From Burkholderiales bacterium (GTDB taxonomy: Bacteria > Pseudomonadota > Gammaproteobacteria > Burkholderiales > Ga0077523): 64,000 nt of DNA. Shown in pieces: positions 10,089 to 19,712 of this stretch; the stretch's first letter is position 1, and every line of letters begins with the position of its first letter. The notes under the pieces are model-generated. The model was not told the origin of the DNA. It saw only the letters and a list, made by a program, of their open reading frames with translations, and searched no databases. The position numbers and the translations under genes are program-made. The stretch covers positions 68,381-132,380 of the forward strand of contig JBBQHP010000001.1 in assembly GCA_038324085.1 (NCBI GenBank), in the 5' to 3' direction.

Positions 10089-11618
10089 TTGGCCACCGAA
10101 ACCGAACTCAAGCTTGCCATTGCCCCCGAGGATATGGGCCGGTTCGCCAAATGCACGGCACTGGCCGCGACGACGCGGTCGAAGCCCGTCACGCGCACGG
10201 TCTACAGCGTGTACTACGACACGCCCGAGCGCGATCTCGTACGGCGCGGCATGGCGCTCCGGTTGCGCAAGGTGGCCGGGCGCTGGGTCCAGACGCTGAA
10301 GACCGCGGGTACCGCGCAGGCCGGCCTGCACCAGCGGGGTGAGTTCGAGGCACCCGCTGCCGCACAACTGCTCAATTTCGTCGCGCTCTCGACAACGCCG
10401 GCCGCCGCATTGTTCGCCGACGCGGAGCTGCGCGCGCGCCTGCGGCCGATGTTCGTCACGGAATTCAAACGAACCGCCCGGCTGGTCGAGATTCACCCCG
10501 GCGAGCTGGCGGAGTTGTGCTTGGATCGCGGCTCGATCACCGGCGGCGCGCACCGCGCTGCGATCAGCGAGATCGAGCTTGAACTGAAGACAGGAGCTGC
10601 GGAACACCTGTTCGATTTCGCCGATCTGCTGCTCGCAGAAATCCCGTTGCGGCTCGACAACGCGAGCAAAGCGGAGCGCGGTTACGCGCTGCTCGCACCG
10701 ACCGACGAGGCACCCGCGAAAGCCCGGCCGCCGATGGTCGACGCGGCGATGACGGCGTCGGACGCCTTTGTCGCGATCGCCGACGCCTGCGTGCGGCAAC
10801 TGCAGGCGAACGAGCGTGGGGTCGTGACGAGCGACGACGTCGAATACATCCATCAGGCTCGCGTCGCCATCCGGCGGCTGCGCTCCGCGTTCGATCTGTT
10901 CCGCTGGATCGTCCCGAAAGCGGGGGTTGCGCCGCTGGCAGCAGCGGTGAAACACTTGGGAACGGCCTTCGGTGGGGCGCGCGACTGGGATGTCTTCCTG
11001 ACCGAGACTCTCCCGCCCGTTGCCGAGGTCTTTGCCGAACACCCTGGCATCGCTTCGATCCGGACGTCCGCCGAACGATTGCGCGCGACTGCCCGCGCCG
11101 AAGCGCGCGCCACCGTGGCAGCGCCCCGGTACACGGGGCTGTTGCTCCGGTTGGGCGCGACATTGGTGGGACGATCCTGGCGCGCGGCGCTGAATGCGGA
11201 CGCACTGGCGCTCCAAGCCATGCCGATTCCCGAGTTCGCGACGATGCTGCTCGATCGGCAATGGAAGCGTGTGCGCCGTGCGGGCAAAGGGCACGACGAT
11301 CTCGCCGCGGAACAGCTGCACGCGTTGCGCATCGAGATCAAGAAGCTACGCTACGCGATCGAGTTCCTGCAGGCGCTCCATCCGCGCAAGGCGGTACGGG
11401 CATTTCTCGATCAAGCCACGGAACTGCAAGACATCCTGGGTCACCTGAATGATGCAACGGTCACCGCCGCTCTGCTCGGGCAACTCCCCCTGGCCGACGG
11501 CGATGCGAGGGAAGCCGCAGGCCTCGTTCGCGGCTGGACCGCCGCGCGTTCCCGGGAGGGCGTCGCGCGCCTCGATCGCGCCTGGGCGCAATTCAAAGCC
11601 GCGAAGCCCTATTGGTGA
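10089..11618 (+). CDS. CYTH (triphosphate tunnel metalloenzyme) plus CHAD domain protein
   Basis: 509 aa with a TTG start. Has the N-terminal ExExK signature (TETELKLAI). The C-terminal half is histidine- and arginine-rich and helical, typical of CHAD (IHQARVAIRRLRSA, LHALRIEIKKLRYAIEF). Confidence 0.8.
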   Translation: MATETELKLAIAPEDMGRFAKCTALAATTRSKPVTRTVYSVYYDTPERDLVRRGMALRLRKVAGRWVQTLKTAGTAQAGLHQRGEFEAPAAAQLLNFVALSTTPAAALFADAELRARLRPMFVTEFKRTARLVEIHPGELAELCLDRGSITGGAHRAAISEIELELKTGAAEHLFDFADLLLAEIPLRLDNASKAERGYALLAPTDEAPAKARPPMVDAAMTASDAFVAIADACVRQLQANERGVVTSDDVEYIHQARVAIRRLRSAFDLFRWIVPKAGVAPLAAAVKHLGTAFGGARDWDVFLTETLPPVAEVFAEHPGIASIRTSAERLRATARAEARATVAAPRYTGLLLRLGATLVGRSWRAALNADALALQAMPIPEFATMLLDRQWKRVRRAGKGHDDLAAEQLHALRIEIKKLRYAIEFLQALHPRKAVRAFLDQATELQDILGHLNDATVTAALLGQLPLADGDAREAAGLVRGWTAARSREGVARLDRAWAQFKAAKPYW

Positions 11619-11710
11619 ATGGAAGGACGACACGACATGGATCTCCTGCTCTGAGCCGCGAAGCCCTATGGGTGAATGGAAGGACGACACGACATGGATC
11701 TCCTGCTCTG
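11597..11710. repeat. Tandem direct duplication, 2 x 57 bp (56/57 identical)
   Basis: Copy 1 is 11597-11653 and copy 2 is 11654-11710. The single mismatch is T11613 versus G11670. The unit contains the CHAD stop codon, the sixA RBS (GGAAGGA) and the first 5 sixA codons. Confidence 0.95.
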
Positions 11711-12146
11711 GCGCCACGCCGAGGCATTCGACGGCAGCCCCGACATTGCCCGTCGCCTTACCCCGAAGGGCCACAAGCAGGCGGCCGCGATTGCCGCCTG
11801 GCTCTCGGAGCGACTGCCGAAGGAGGCGCGCATCATCGTCAGTCCCGCCGCGCGGGCGCAGGAAACCGCGCGGGCGCTCGGTCGAACCTTCGAAACGGTG
11901 GCCTCGATCGCGCCCGGCGCGGATCCCGAGTCGCTGCTCGCGGCGGCAGAATGGCCGGATGCCACGGGCGCGGTATTGATCGTCGGCCACCAACCGACCC
12001 TGGGAGAAGTCGCGGCGCAACTGCTCGCCGGCGAATCCCTGGACTTCAGCGTGAAGAAGGGCGGACTGTGGTGGCTTGCCCGACGGATGCGCAACGATCA
12101 GGAACAGGTGCTGCTGCGGGCGGTCGCGAACCCGGACCTCGTGTAA
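11694..12146 (+). CDS. sixA: Phosphohistidine phosphatase SixA family
   Basis: MDLLLWRHAEA... carries the histidine-phosphatase RH(A/G) motif at the N-terminus, and the length of about 150 aa is typical. The start is taken at the ATG in repeat copy 2. Confidence 0.75.
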   Translation: MDLLLWRHAEAFDGSPDIARRLTPKGHKQAAAIAAWLSERLPKEARIIVSPAARAQETARALGRTFETVASIAPGADPESLLAAAEWPDATGAVLIVGHQPTLGEVAAQLLAGESLDFSVKKGGLWWLARRMRNDQEQVLLRAVANPDLV

Positions 12147-12204
12147 CGGACCTTCGGACATTGCAGCCCCAGGCCGACATCCGAGCGAGAGGAACTCCGC
12201 CAGC

Positions 12205-12957
12205 ATGACGACACCCTCTCCCGCCAGCAAGGTGCCGGAGGTGACCCTTGTCTTCTGGATCATCAAGATCCTGGCGACGACTCTCGGGGAAACCGGCGGC
12301 GACGCCGTGTCCATGTCCATGGACCTGGGCTATCTGGTAGGCACCGGCATCTTCGCCGTCGTTTTCATCGTTGCAGTCGTGGCCCAGGTTTCCGCCCGTC
12401 GCTTTCATCCGCTGCTGTACTGGGCCACGATCATCGCCACGACGACCGTCGGAACCACGCTGGCGGATCTGGCCGATCGATCACTCGGCCTCGGCTACGC
12501 AGGCGGCACGTTCATCCTGGCAGCTTCGCTCGCCGCAGCGCTCTTCATCTGGCATCGCACGCAGGGCTCGATCGCCGTCGCCACGATCAACTCGCCCCGG
12601 GCCGAAGCGTTCTACTGGGTGACGATCATGTTCTCGCAGACGCTCGGCACGGCCCTCGGCGATTGGACGGCAGACACAGCCGGACTCGGGTATGGCGGCG
12701 GCGCGATCCTGTTTGCCGCGCTGCTGGCGGTCGTCGCTGCGGCGTATTTCCGCACCAGCATCTCGCGCACCGCATTGTTCTGGGCCGCGTTCATTCTCAC
12801 GCGACCGCTCGGCGCAGTCGTCGGCGACTTCCTCGACAAGCCGATGAGCGAAGGCGGGTTGGGCCTTGACCGCTATGCGGCGACGGCGGCGCTGAGCGCT
12901 CTGATCGTATTCGGCATCCTCCTCTGGCCGCAGAAACCGGCATCGCGCGCCCACTGA
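12205..12957 (+). CDS. DUF347-repeat (COG4705) integral membrane protein
   Basis: 250 aa. Has four internal repeats, each with two hydrophobic helices and an LGxxxGD motif (TTLGETGGD, GTTLADLAD, QTLGTALGD, RPLGAVVGD). Confidence 0.7.
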   Translation: MTTPSPASKVPEVTLVFWIIKILATTLGETGGDAVSMSMDLGYLVGTGIFAVVFIVAVVAQVSARRFHPLLYWATIIATTTVGTTLADLADRSLGLGYAGGTFILAASLAAALFIWHRTQGSIAVATINSPRAEAFYWVTIMFSQTLGTALGDWTADTAGLGYGGGAILFAALLAVVAAAYFRTSISRTALFWAAFILTRPLGAVVGDFLDKPMSEGGLGLDRYAATAALSALIVFGILLWPQKPASRAH

Positions 12958-13016
12958 GCGCGCCCACGCCCGGGACTTGCCTCCGACGAACGCCGCCCGA
13001 CCGCAAACGCGCCCGG

Positions 13017-14579
13017 CTACTCCGTCGCCGGATCGAAACTGCCTTCGATCTCTTCGAGGGCCGGGATATGCAGGTCGAATCCGATCGAGCGCCATTCCCT
13101 GATCTCGCTGCGCAGGGCGGCCGCGGTGAGCGGGTAGCGACCCAGCCATTCCGTCGGCAGATCGATCTCGAATGCGTGATCGCGAAACGCCGCCTCGATC
13201 GCGGGCAATTGCACGCTGCTTCGGCTGCGATGGAAGAGGCAGGCGAGGCGCAATGCCATGATCATGGGCCAGTCGTCGGGACTCGCGACCAGCGGCCGCA
13301 CCTTTTCCAGCGCGCCGCGGTGCGCGAGCACGAGCAAGGCGAGATGCTGCTGTTCCATCTTCGAGAATCCCGGCATGTCGGCGTTGCCGACGATGTAGGC
13401 AGAGTGCTTGTGATAGCCGGAATGCGCGACGGTGAGACCGATCTCGTGCAGCAGCGCGGCCCAGGCGAGCAGGTGAAGCGAGGCTTCGTCGCTGCGCGCA
13501 CTGCGGCCGGCGAGCGCGGTGTAGAACTGGAGCGCGAGGCTCTCCACACGGCGCGACTGGGCCACGTCCACGTGATAGCGCTTCTTGAACTGGCGCACGG
13601 TGGTGTCGCGCATGTCCTTCTGGTGGAAGCGCCCGAGCATGTCGTAGAGGATCCCCTGCCGCATCGCGCCGGTCGCGAGGATCATGTCCTTCACGTCGAG
13701 CTCCTCGAAGATCGCGAGCATGATCGCGAAGCCGCCGGGGAGCACCGCCGCGCGATCGGACTTGAGGCCCGGCATGTCGAGGCGGTCGACGTCACCGGCC
13801 TTCAGCAACAAAGATCGCATGCGGTCGATGCCTTCGCGGGTGATGCTGCCGTTGGCCCAGCCGTTTGCTGTGATCACGTCGCCGATGGTGCGGGCCGTGC
13901 CGGAGGACCCTACGGCGTGCCGCCAGTGTCCACGCGCGAATTCCTTCTCGATGGTCTGCAGCTCGATGCGGGCCGCCAGCTCGGCCTGCTTCAACGCGCT
14001 CTTGGTGATGCGCCCGCCCTCGAAGTAGCGCAGCGTATAGCTCACGCAGCCCATGTAGAGACTTTCCAGCTTCTGCGGTTTGTAGCCGGAGCCGATGATG
14101 AATTCGGTCGAGCCGCCGCCGATGTCCACGACCATCCGCTTCTCGGGAGTGGGTGGGAGACTGTGCGACACACCCAGGTAGATGAGCCGGGCTTCCTCCT
14201 TGCCGGCCACGACTTCGATGGGAAATCCGAGGGCGGCCTCGGCCCGCGCCAGGAAGTCCCTGGCGTTCTTCGCCACGCGCAGCGTATTGGTGCCGATGGC
14301 GCGCACGGCGCCTGGCTGGAAGCCGCGCAACCGTTCCCCGAAACGATGCAGCGCATCGAGCGCGCGCTGCTGCGATTGTTCGTCAAGGCGCTTGTCGGCC
14401 GACAGCCCGGCGGCCAGCCGGACGGCCTCGCGCAGCGAATCGAGCGGATAGATCTGGTCGTCGACCACCCGCCCGACCTGCAGGCGGAAGCTGTTCGATC
14501 CGAGGTCGACCGCCGCGACCACGGACTGCGGGGCCGCGTGGGCGGCAGCGCGGAGCTGGACGGCGGCGGGCTCGGGCAT
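13017..14579 (-). CDS. ppx: Exopolyphosphatase / guanosine pentaphosphate phosphohydrolase family
   Basis: 520 aa. N-terminal ASKHA fold (VAAVDLGSNSFRL, VVDIGGGSTEF) plus a C-terminal HD-like domain (LLHEIGLTVAHSGYHKHS). Confidence 0.9.
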   Translation of the reverse strand: MPEPAAVQLRAAAHAAPQSVVAAVDLGSNSFRLQVGRVVDDQIYPLDSLREAVRLAAGLSADKRLDEQSQQRALDALHRFGERLRGFQPGAVRAIGTNTLRVAKNARDFLARAEAALGFPIEVVAGKEEARLIYLGVSHSLPPTPEKRMVVDIGGGSTEFIIGSGYKPQKLESLYMGCVSYTLRYFEGGRITKSALKQAELAARIELQTIEKEFARGHWRHAVGSSGTARTIGDVITANGWANGSITREGIDRMRSLLLKAGDVDRLDMPGLKSDRAAVLPGGFAIMLAIFEELDVKDMILATGAMRQGILYDMLGRFHQKDMRDTTVRQFKKRYHVDVAQSRRVESLALQFYTALAGRSARSDEASLHLLAWAALLHEIGLTVAHSGYHKHSAYIVGNADMPGFSKMEQQHLALLVLAHRGALEKVRPLVASPDDWPMIMALRLACLFHRSRSSVQLPAIEAAFRDHAFEIDLPTEWLGRYPLTAAALRSEIREWRSIGFDLHIPALEEIEGSFDPATE

Positions 14580-14601
14580 GCGTGCTGGTTGCGCGCGCCG
14601 A

Positions 14602-15309
14602 TCAGCCCATGATCTCGCGTTCGATCTCTTCCACGCTTACATGGCGGACGTCCTTGCCCTTGACCATGTAGATCACGTATTCGGAGATGTTCTTCGCGTG
14701 ATCGCCGATGCGCTCGATCGCCTTGGCGATGAACAGGATCTCGATCGAGGCGCTGATGGTGCGCGGATCTTCCATCATGAACGTGATCAGCTGCCGGATC
14801 ATCGAGCGGAACTCGTCGTCCACGTGCTGATCCTGCCGCACCACTTCAGCGGAGGCCGACAGATCGAGGCGGGCAAAGGCGTCGAGGGACTTGTGGAGCA
14901 TGTCCGTGGCGATGCCCGCCATGCGCCGGATCTCGTTGAATCGCGGCGTCATCAACCGGTCGCCGGAGCCGATCAGCTTGGCCATGCGCGCGATCTTCGA
15001 AGCCTCGTCTCCGATGCGCTCGAGATCGGTGATGGTCTTCACCACGGTCATGATCATGCGCAGGTCGCCGGCGGTGGGCTGACGGCGCGCGATGATGGTG
15101 CTGCAATCCTCGTCGATCGCCACTTCGAGCCCGTTGACCTTGTGGTCGTTGTTGACCACGGAGCTGCACAGCTCGAAATCGCCCGACATGAGCGCCTCGA
15201 CTGCGAGCTTGATCTGTTCCTCGACCAGCCCTCCCATCTGCAGCACGCGCGAGCGCAGCGCTTCGAGCTCTGCGTCGAATTTCTTGGAGGTGTGTTCGGA
15301 CGAGGTCAT
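14602..15309 (-). CDS. phoU: Phosphate signalling complex protein PhoU
   Basis: 235 aa with a duplicated PhoU helical repeat and E/D-rich motifs (DLERIGDEA, AIERIGDHA). Confidence 0.9.
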   Translation of the reverse strand: MTSSEHTSKKFDAELEALRSRVLQMGGLVEEQIKLAVEALMSGDFELCSSVVNNDHKVNGLEVAIDEDCSTIIARRQPTAGDLRMIMTVVKTITDLERIGDEASKIARMAKLIGSGDRLMTPRFNEIRRMAGIATDMLHKSLDAFARLDLSASAEVVRQDQHVDDEFRSMIRQLITFMMEDPRTISASIEILFIAKAIERIGDHAKNISEYVIYMVKGKDVRHVSVEEIEREIMG

Positions 15310-15416
15310 GACGGAACTCCTTCTTCGATTGCCTCCACGGTGTCGCGCTGTCGCGCCGGGACGGCTCTAGTGTACTTGGGGTTGATGACAGGCTCGCGGC
15401 GATTTTGGCCACGCAC

Positions 15417-16079
15417 CTAGCGAACCAGCGTCTTCACGCCGTCCTCCAGTCCGAGCAAGAGCACGTCGGCGGAGCGACGGGCGAACAGCCCGACGGTCAC
15501 CACGCCCTCGATCTGGTTCAGCTCCGCTTCGAGCGCGGCCGGCTCGGCAATGGTGAGGCCGTGGATGTCCAGAATCACGTTGCCGTTGTCGGTGATGAAT
15601 CCGGAGCGCAGTTCCGGCTGACCGCCGGCGACCCTCACGATCTGCCGTGCAACGTGCGAGCGCGCCATCGGAATGACTTCCACCGGCAGTGGAAAGCGAC
15701 CGAGCGTGTCGACCAGCTTCGACGCATCGGCGATGCAGACGAACTTGCGGGCGACGCCGCCGACGATCTTCTCGCGCGTCAATGCGCCACCACCGCCCTT
15801 GATCATCGCGAGCTGCCGTGTGATCTCGTCGGCGCCGTCGACATAGACCGGGATCTCGTCCACGGCCGTCAATTCGAGCACCGGAATCCCGAGTGCCCTG
15901 AGGCGCGCGGCAGTGGCCTCGGAGCTCGCGACTGCTCCCGCCAGCCGGCCCTTGATGCTCTCGAGGGCCCGGATGAAGTGGTTGGCGGTGGAACCGCTGC
16001 CGACACCGAGCACCGAATCGTGGGGGACGTGGGCGAGGGCGGCTTCGGCCGCAGCCTGTTTCTGTTGTTCCTGGTTCAT
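15417..16079 (-). CDS. rpiA: Ribose-5-phosphate isomerase A
   Basis: [35 protein letters not shown]..., [11 protein letters not shown]. The start is trimmed from 16112 to the ATG at 16079. Confidence 0.9.
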   Translation of the reverse strand: MNQEQQKQAAAEAALAHVPHDSVLGVGSGSTANHFIRALESIKGRLAGAVASSEATAARLRALGIPVLELTAVDEIPVYVDGADEITRQLAMIKGGGGALTREKIVGGVARKFVCIADASKLVDTLGRFPLPVEVIPMARSHVARQIVRVAGGQPELRSGFITDNGNVILDIHGLTIAEPAALEAELNQIEGVVTVGLFARRSADVLLLGLEDGVKTLVR

Positions 16080-16202
16080 TCCGTGTCGATGACAGCAAGA
16101 TTCGCGCCTCAAGAATAGCCGGATGCGCGCCGCGACTCAACGCGCGCGTTGGCGCCGGTGCAACGGCGCTGTTACCCTTTGACGTTTGCCGTGGCACCTT
16201 CG

Positions 16203-17711
16203 ATGAAAGACGATTACCTCACCCGCATTCTCACGGCCCGCGTCTACGACGTGGCCGTGGAGACGCCGCTCGAGCGCGCGGCGCTGCTGTCCACGCGTCT
16301 GGGCAACGATCTGTTGCTCAAGCGGGAAGACATGCAACCGGTGTTCTCGTTCAAGATTCGCGGGGCCTACAACAAGATGGCCCGGCTGCCGGCCGCGCAA
16401 CTGCGGCGCGGCGTGATTGCGGCTTCGGCCGGAAACCATGCGCAAGGGGTGGCACTGTCGGCGCAGCGGCTCGGCTGCAAGGCGGTGATCGTCATGCCCG
16501 TGACCACGCCGCGCATCAAGGTCGATGCCGTTGCCGCGCGCGGCGCCAAGGTCGAACTGGCCGGGGATTCGTACGATGAGGCCTACGCTCGCGCCCGGCA
16601 ACTGGCGGTCAAGGGAAAGCTCACCTTCGTGCACCCGTACGACGACCCGGACGTCATTGCCGGCCAGGGCACGATCGCCATGGAAATCCTGCACCAGCAT
16701 CCCGGGCCGATCCATGCCATCTTCATCGCCGTGGGCGGTGGCGGCCTGATCGCCGGCATCGGTGCCTACGTGAAGCGCCTGCGCCCCGATATCCGCATCA
16801 TCGGGGTGGAACCGGTCGATGCCGACTCGATGACCCGGTCGCTCGCGGCCGGACATCGCGTGAAGCTCGCCCAGGTGGGCCTGTTCGCCGACGGCGTGGC
16901 GGTCAAACAGGTGGGGGAGGAACCGTTTCGCATCGCGCGCGAAGTGGTGGACGACATGATCCTGGTCGACAACGACGCCATCTGCGCGGCCATCAAGGAT
17001 GTGTTCGAGGACACGAGGGTCATTCTCGAGCCCGCCGGTGCGCTGGCCGTCGCTGGCGCCAAGGCGTGGGTCGAACGCCACCGCGTCCGCAATCGGGCGC
17101 TCGTCGCCATCGCGTGCGGCGCCAACATGAACTTCGACCGGTTGCGCTTCGTGGCCGAGCAGGCCGAGCTCGGCGAGCGACGCGAAGCGGTGCTCGCCGT
17201 GACCATTCCCGAACGCCCTGGCAGCTTCAAGCGCTTCTGCCGCGTGATCGGGAACCGCAACGTGACGGAATTCAACTATCGCTACGCCGACCCCTCCGAG
17301 GCGCACGTTTTCGTCGGGTTGCAGGTCGAAGGCAAGGATCAGATTCGCGAGATGCTGAAGAACCTGCACACGGCGGGCCTCACCGCGCACGACTTCAGCG
17401 ACAATGAGATGGCGAAACTGCACGTACGCCACATGGTGGGCGGGCGGGCACCCGCGGTGGCCGATGAATTGCTCTATCGGTTTGAATTCCCCGAACGGCC
17501 CGGTGCCCTGATGAAGTTTCTCGACAGCATGAGCCCCGACTGGAACATCAGCCTGTTCCACTATCGCAATCACGGCGCGGATCATGGCCGGGTCCTGGTC
17601 GGCATCCAGGTGCCGGGGCGGACCCGTGCCGCATTCCGGCGTTTCCTGCGCGATCTCAACTATCGGCACTGGGACGAAACCGGCAATCCGGCGTTCCACA
17701 TGTTTCTCTGA
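16203..17711 (+). CDS. ilvA: Biosynthetic threonine ammonia-lyase (threonine dehydratase)
   Basis: MKDDYLTRILTARVYDVAVETPLE, PLP lysine motif SFKIRGA, and two C-terminal ACT-like regulatory repeats. Confidence 0.9.
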   Translation: MKDDYLTRILTARVYDVAVETPLERAALLSTRLGNDLLLKREDMQPVFSFKIRGAYNKMARLPAAQLRRGVIAASAGNHAQGVALSAQRLGCKAVIVMPVTTPRIKVDAVAARGAKVELAGDSYDEAYARARQLAVKGKLTFVHPYDDPDVIAGQGTIAMEILHQHPGPIHAIFIAVGGGGLIAGIGAYVKRLRPDIRIIGVEPVDADSMTRSLAAGHRVKLAQVGLFADGVAVKQVGEEPFRIAREVVDDMILVDNDAICAAIKDVFEDTRVILEPAGALAVAGAKAWVERHRVRNRALVAIACGANMNFDRLRFVAEQAELGERREAVLAVTIPERPGSFKRFCRVIGNRNVTEFNYRYADPSEAHVFVGLQVEGKDQIREMLKNLHTAGLTAHDFSDNEMAKLHVRHMVGGRAPAVADELLYRFEFPERPGALMKFLDSMSPDWNISLFHYRNHGADHGRVLVGIQVPGRTRAAFRRFLRDLNYRHWDETGNPAFHMFL

Positions 17712-19630
17712 TGCGCTTCCTGGTCCTCCTGCTGATCCTCTCGTGCCCGGCGCTGGCCGCTTCGAGCGATGCCGACTTCCTGGCCGCGCGCGACGCCTTC
17801 GCGAAGGGGCAGATCGCACGGCTCGACGAACTGGCGCCGGGACTGCGCAGCCATCCCTTGGCACTGTATGTCGAGTACTGGCAGTTGCGCTCGCATCTCA
17901 ACGAGGCGCCGAAGGCGGATATCAGGCGATTCCTCGAGGACAACAGCGGGCAGTTGCCCGCGAATCGGCTTCGCGCCGACTGGCTGCGCCTGCTCGCCCG
18001 TCAGAAAGACTGGCCCGAGTTCCTGCGCGAGTACTCGCCATTGGTCGACGCGGACCTGGACCTGCAATGCTCGTCCTTGCAGGCGCGGCTGGCGAACCGC
18101 GACTCCGGCGCGGTCAAGGACGCGAAAGCGCTCTGGTTCGCAGGCCGGGAGTTGCCTGAATCCTGCACACCGGTATTCGAATCGATGCTCGCGACGGGCA
18201 CACTCGGCGAGGACGATGTGTGGGCCCGGACCCGGCTTGCGTTCGAAGCGGGCAATACCACCCTGGCGAAAGCCGTGGCCAGCTATCTCCCCACCGGTCG
18301 CCGTCTCGATCCGAAGGCAGTGGACGGGGTTGCACGCAATCCGCAGCGTTTCCTCGAAGCGAAGTCGGTTGCGACGAAGACGAAGGCGCAGCGCGAGCTG
18401 CTCCTGTTCGCTCTCGGGCGCACCGCGGGGAACGTGCCGGGTGCGGCCGCAGACGCATGGCGGCGGGTCCAGCACCAGTTACCGGAGGACGATCGGGCGT
18501 ACGGCTGGGGCCTGATTGCAACCGCAGCCGCGCGGCGTCATCAGCCCGAGGCGCTTGACTGGTTTCGCGAAGCCGCCAAGGCGACGCTGACTGACGTCCA
18601 GCTGGGCTGGAAGGCCCGCGCGGGCATGCGGGCGGCCGATTGGGACATCGTGGTCGCCACGATCGAGGCCATGTCCGAGGAGGAGCGGGCACGTCCGGCA
18701 TGGCGCTATTGGCACGCGCGCGGACTGGCGGCGCAGGGGCGCCAGTTCGAAGCCAATGCGCTGTTCGCGATCCTCGCCAACGAACACGGTTTTCATGCAC
18801 TGCTCGCGGCGGAAGAGCTGGGTGTGTCGATGAGCGCGCCAAAACAGTCCTACACACCGCTCGAGGGCGAAGTGGGGACAATGGCGCGCCACCCCGGGTT
18901 GCAGCGCGCACTCGCGTTCTATCGCCTGGGCCTGCGCTACGAGGGCAACGTCGAATGGATCTGGTCGATCCGCGGCCTGAACGATACGTCGCTGATCGCC
19001 AGCGCCGAACTCGCACGCCGCGAAGGCTGGTATGAACGCGCCATCGCCACCGCGGACCGGGCTGACGGACTGGTCAATCTGGACCTGCGTTATCCGACGC
19101 CCTATTCGGAGTTGATCCGGTCCTCGGCGCGCGATGTCGACATCGACGAGGCCTGGGTCTACGGGCTGGTGCGGCAGGAAAGCCGCTTCGTGCCGACGGC
19201 CCGATCCGCGGTCGGCGCCGCCGGCCTTATGCAGGTGATGCCGGCAACGGCGAAGTGGATCGCGAACCGCCTCGGGATGAAGAACTGGCGCCCGCCGCTG
19301 GACGGCGCAATGGAATCGAACGTGAACTTCGGCACGTATTACCTGAAGGAGATGCTGACCAAGTTCGACGGCAGTCCGGTGCTGGCCTCGGCGGCCTACA
19401 ACGCAGGCCCGCGACGTGCCCAGGAATGGCGAGCCGCGAAACCGATGGAAGCCGCGGTGTACATCGACACCATTCCGTTCGCCGAAACGCGCGAATACGT
19501 GCGCAAGGTCATGGCCAACGCCACACAGTACGCACGCGTTCTCGGGCATCCGCAGGACAGCCTCAAGACGCGACTGGGTACGGTGCCAGCGATGAAGGCC
19601 GATCTCAAGGTCGGGCCACAGGAGCCGTGA
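17711..19630 (+). CDS. slt: Soluble lytic murein transglycosylase (Slt70 family)
   Basis: Signal peptide MRFLVLLLILSCPALAASS, superhelical U-domain, and catalytic motif RQESRFVPTARSAVGAAGLMQVMPATA. Confidence 0.85.
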   Translation: MRFLVLLLILSCPALAASSDADFLAARDAFAKGQIARLDELAPGLRSHPLALYVEYWQLRSHLNEAPKADIRRFLEDNSGQLPANRLRADWLRLLARQKDWPEFLREYSPLVDADLDLQCSSLQARLANRDSGAVKDAKALWFAGRELPESCTPVFESMLATGTLGEDDVWARTRLAFEAGNTTLAKAVASYLPTGRRLDPKAVDGVARNPQRFLEAKSVATKTKAQRELLLFALGRTAGNVPGAAADAWRRVQHQLPEDDRAYGWGLIATAAARRHQPEALDWFREAAKATLTDVQLGWKARAGMRAADWDIVVATIEAMSEEERARPAWRYWHARGLAAQGRQFEANALFAILANEHGFHALLAAEELGVSMSAPKQSYTPLEGEVGTMARHPGLQRALAFYRLGLRYEGNVEWIWSIRGLNDTSLIASAELARREGWYERAIATADRADGLVNLDLRYPTPYSELIRSSARDVDIDEAWVYGLVRQESRFVPTARSAVGAAGLMQVMPATAKWIANRLGMKNWRPPLDGAMESNVNFGTYYLKEMLTKFDGSPVLASAAYNAGPRRAQEWRAAKPMEAAVYIDTIPFAETREYVRKVMANATQYARVLGHPQDSLKTRLGTVPAMKADLKVGPQEP

Positions 19631-19712
19631 ACGGTAGCGATCCTCGTTCCCGCCCGCTTCCCTTAACATCCACAAGCCGCCACGAAGCCCCGTCGTTCCC
19701 CGATCCGACAGC

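Noticed and set aside
9966-11321. N-terminal 450 aa of the 848-aa ORF 8775-11321
   Set aside because: Only the last 396 aa look like a protein (lipoprotein signal plus a LivK fold). The upstream part is antisense to the CYTH-CHAD gene and has no features.
15385-15391. Possible Pho box upstream of phoU (minus strand CTGTCAT, about 76 nt before the ATG)
   Set aside because: Only one 7-nt half-site matches. The expected second repeat 11 nt downstream (CCCAAGT) does not match, so a PhoB site cannot be supported by eye. I also saw no convincing Pho box upstream of the alkaline phosphatase gene.
16137-17864. 575-aa minus-strand ORF opposite ilvA
   Set aside because: It is an antisense shadow, and IlvA on the plus strand has the PLP motif and regulatory domains.
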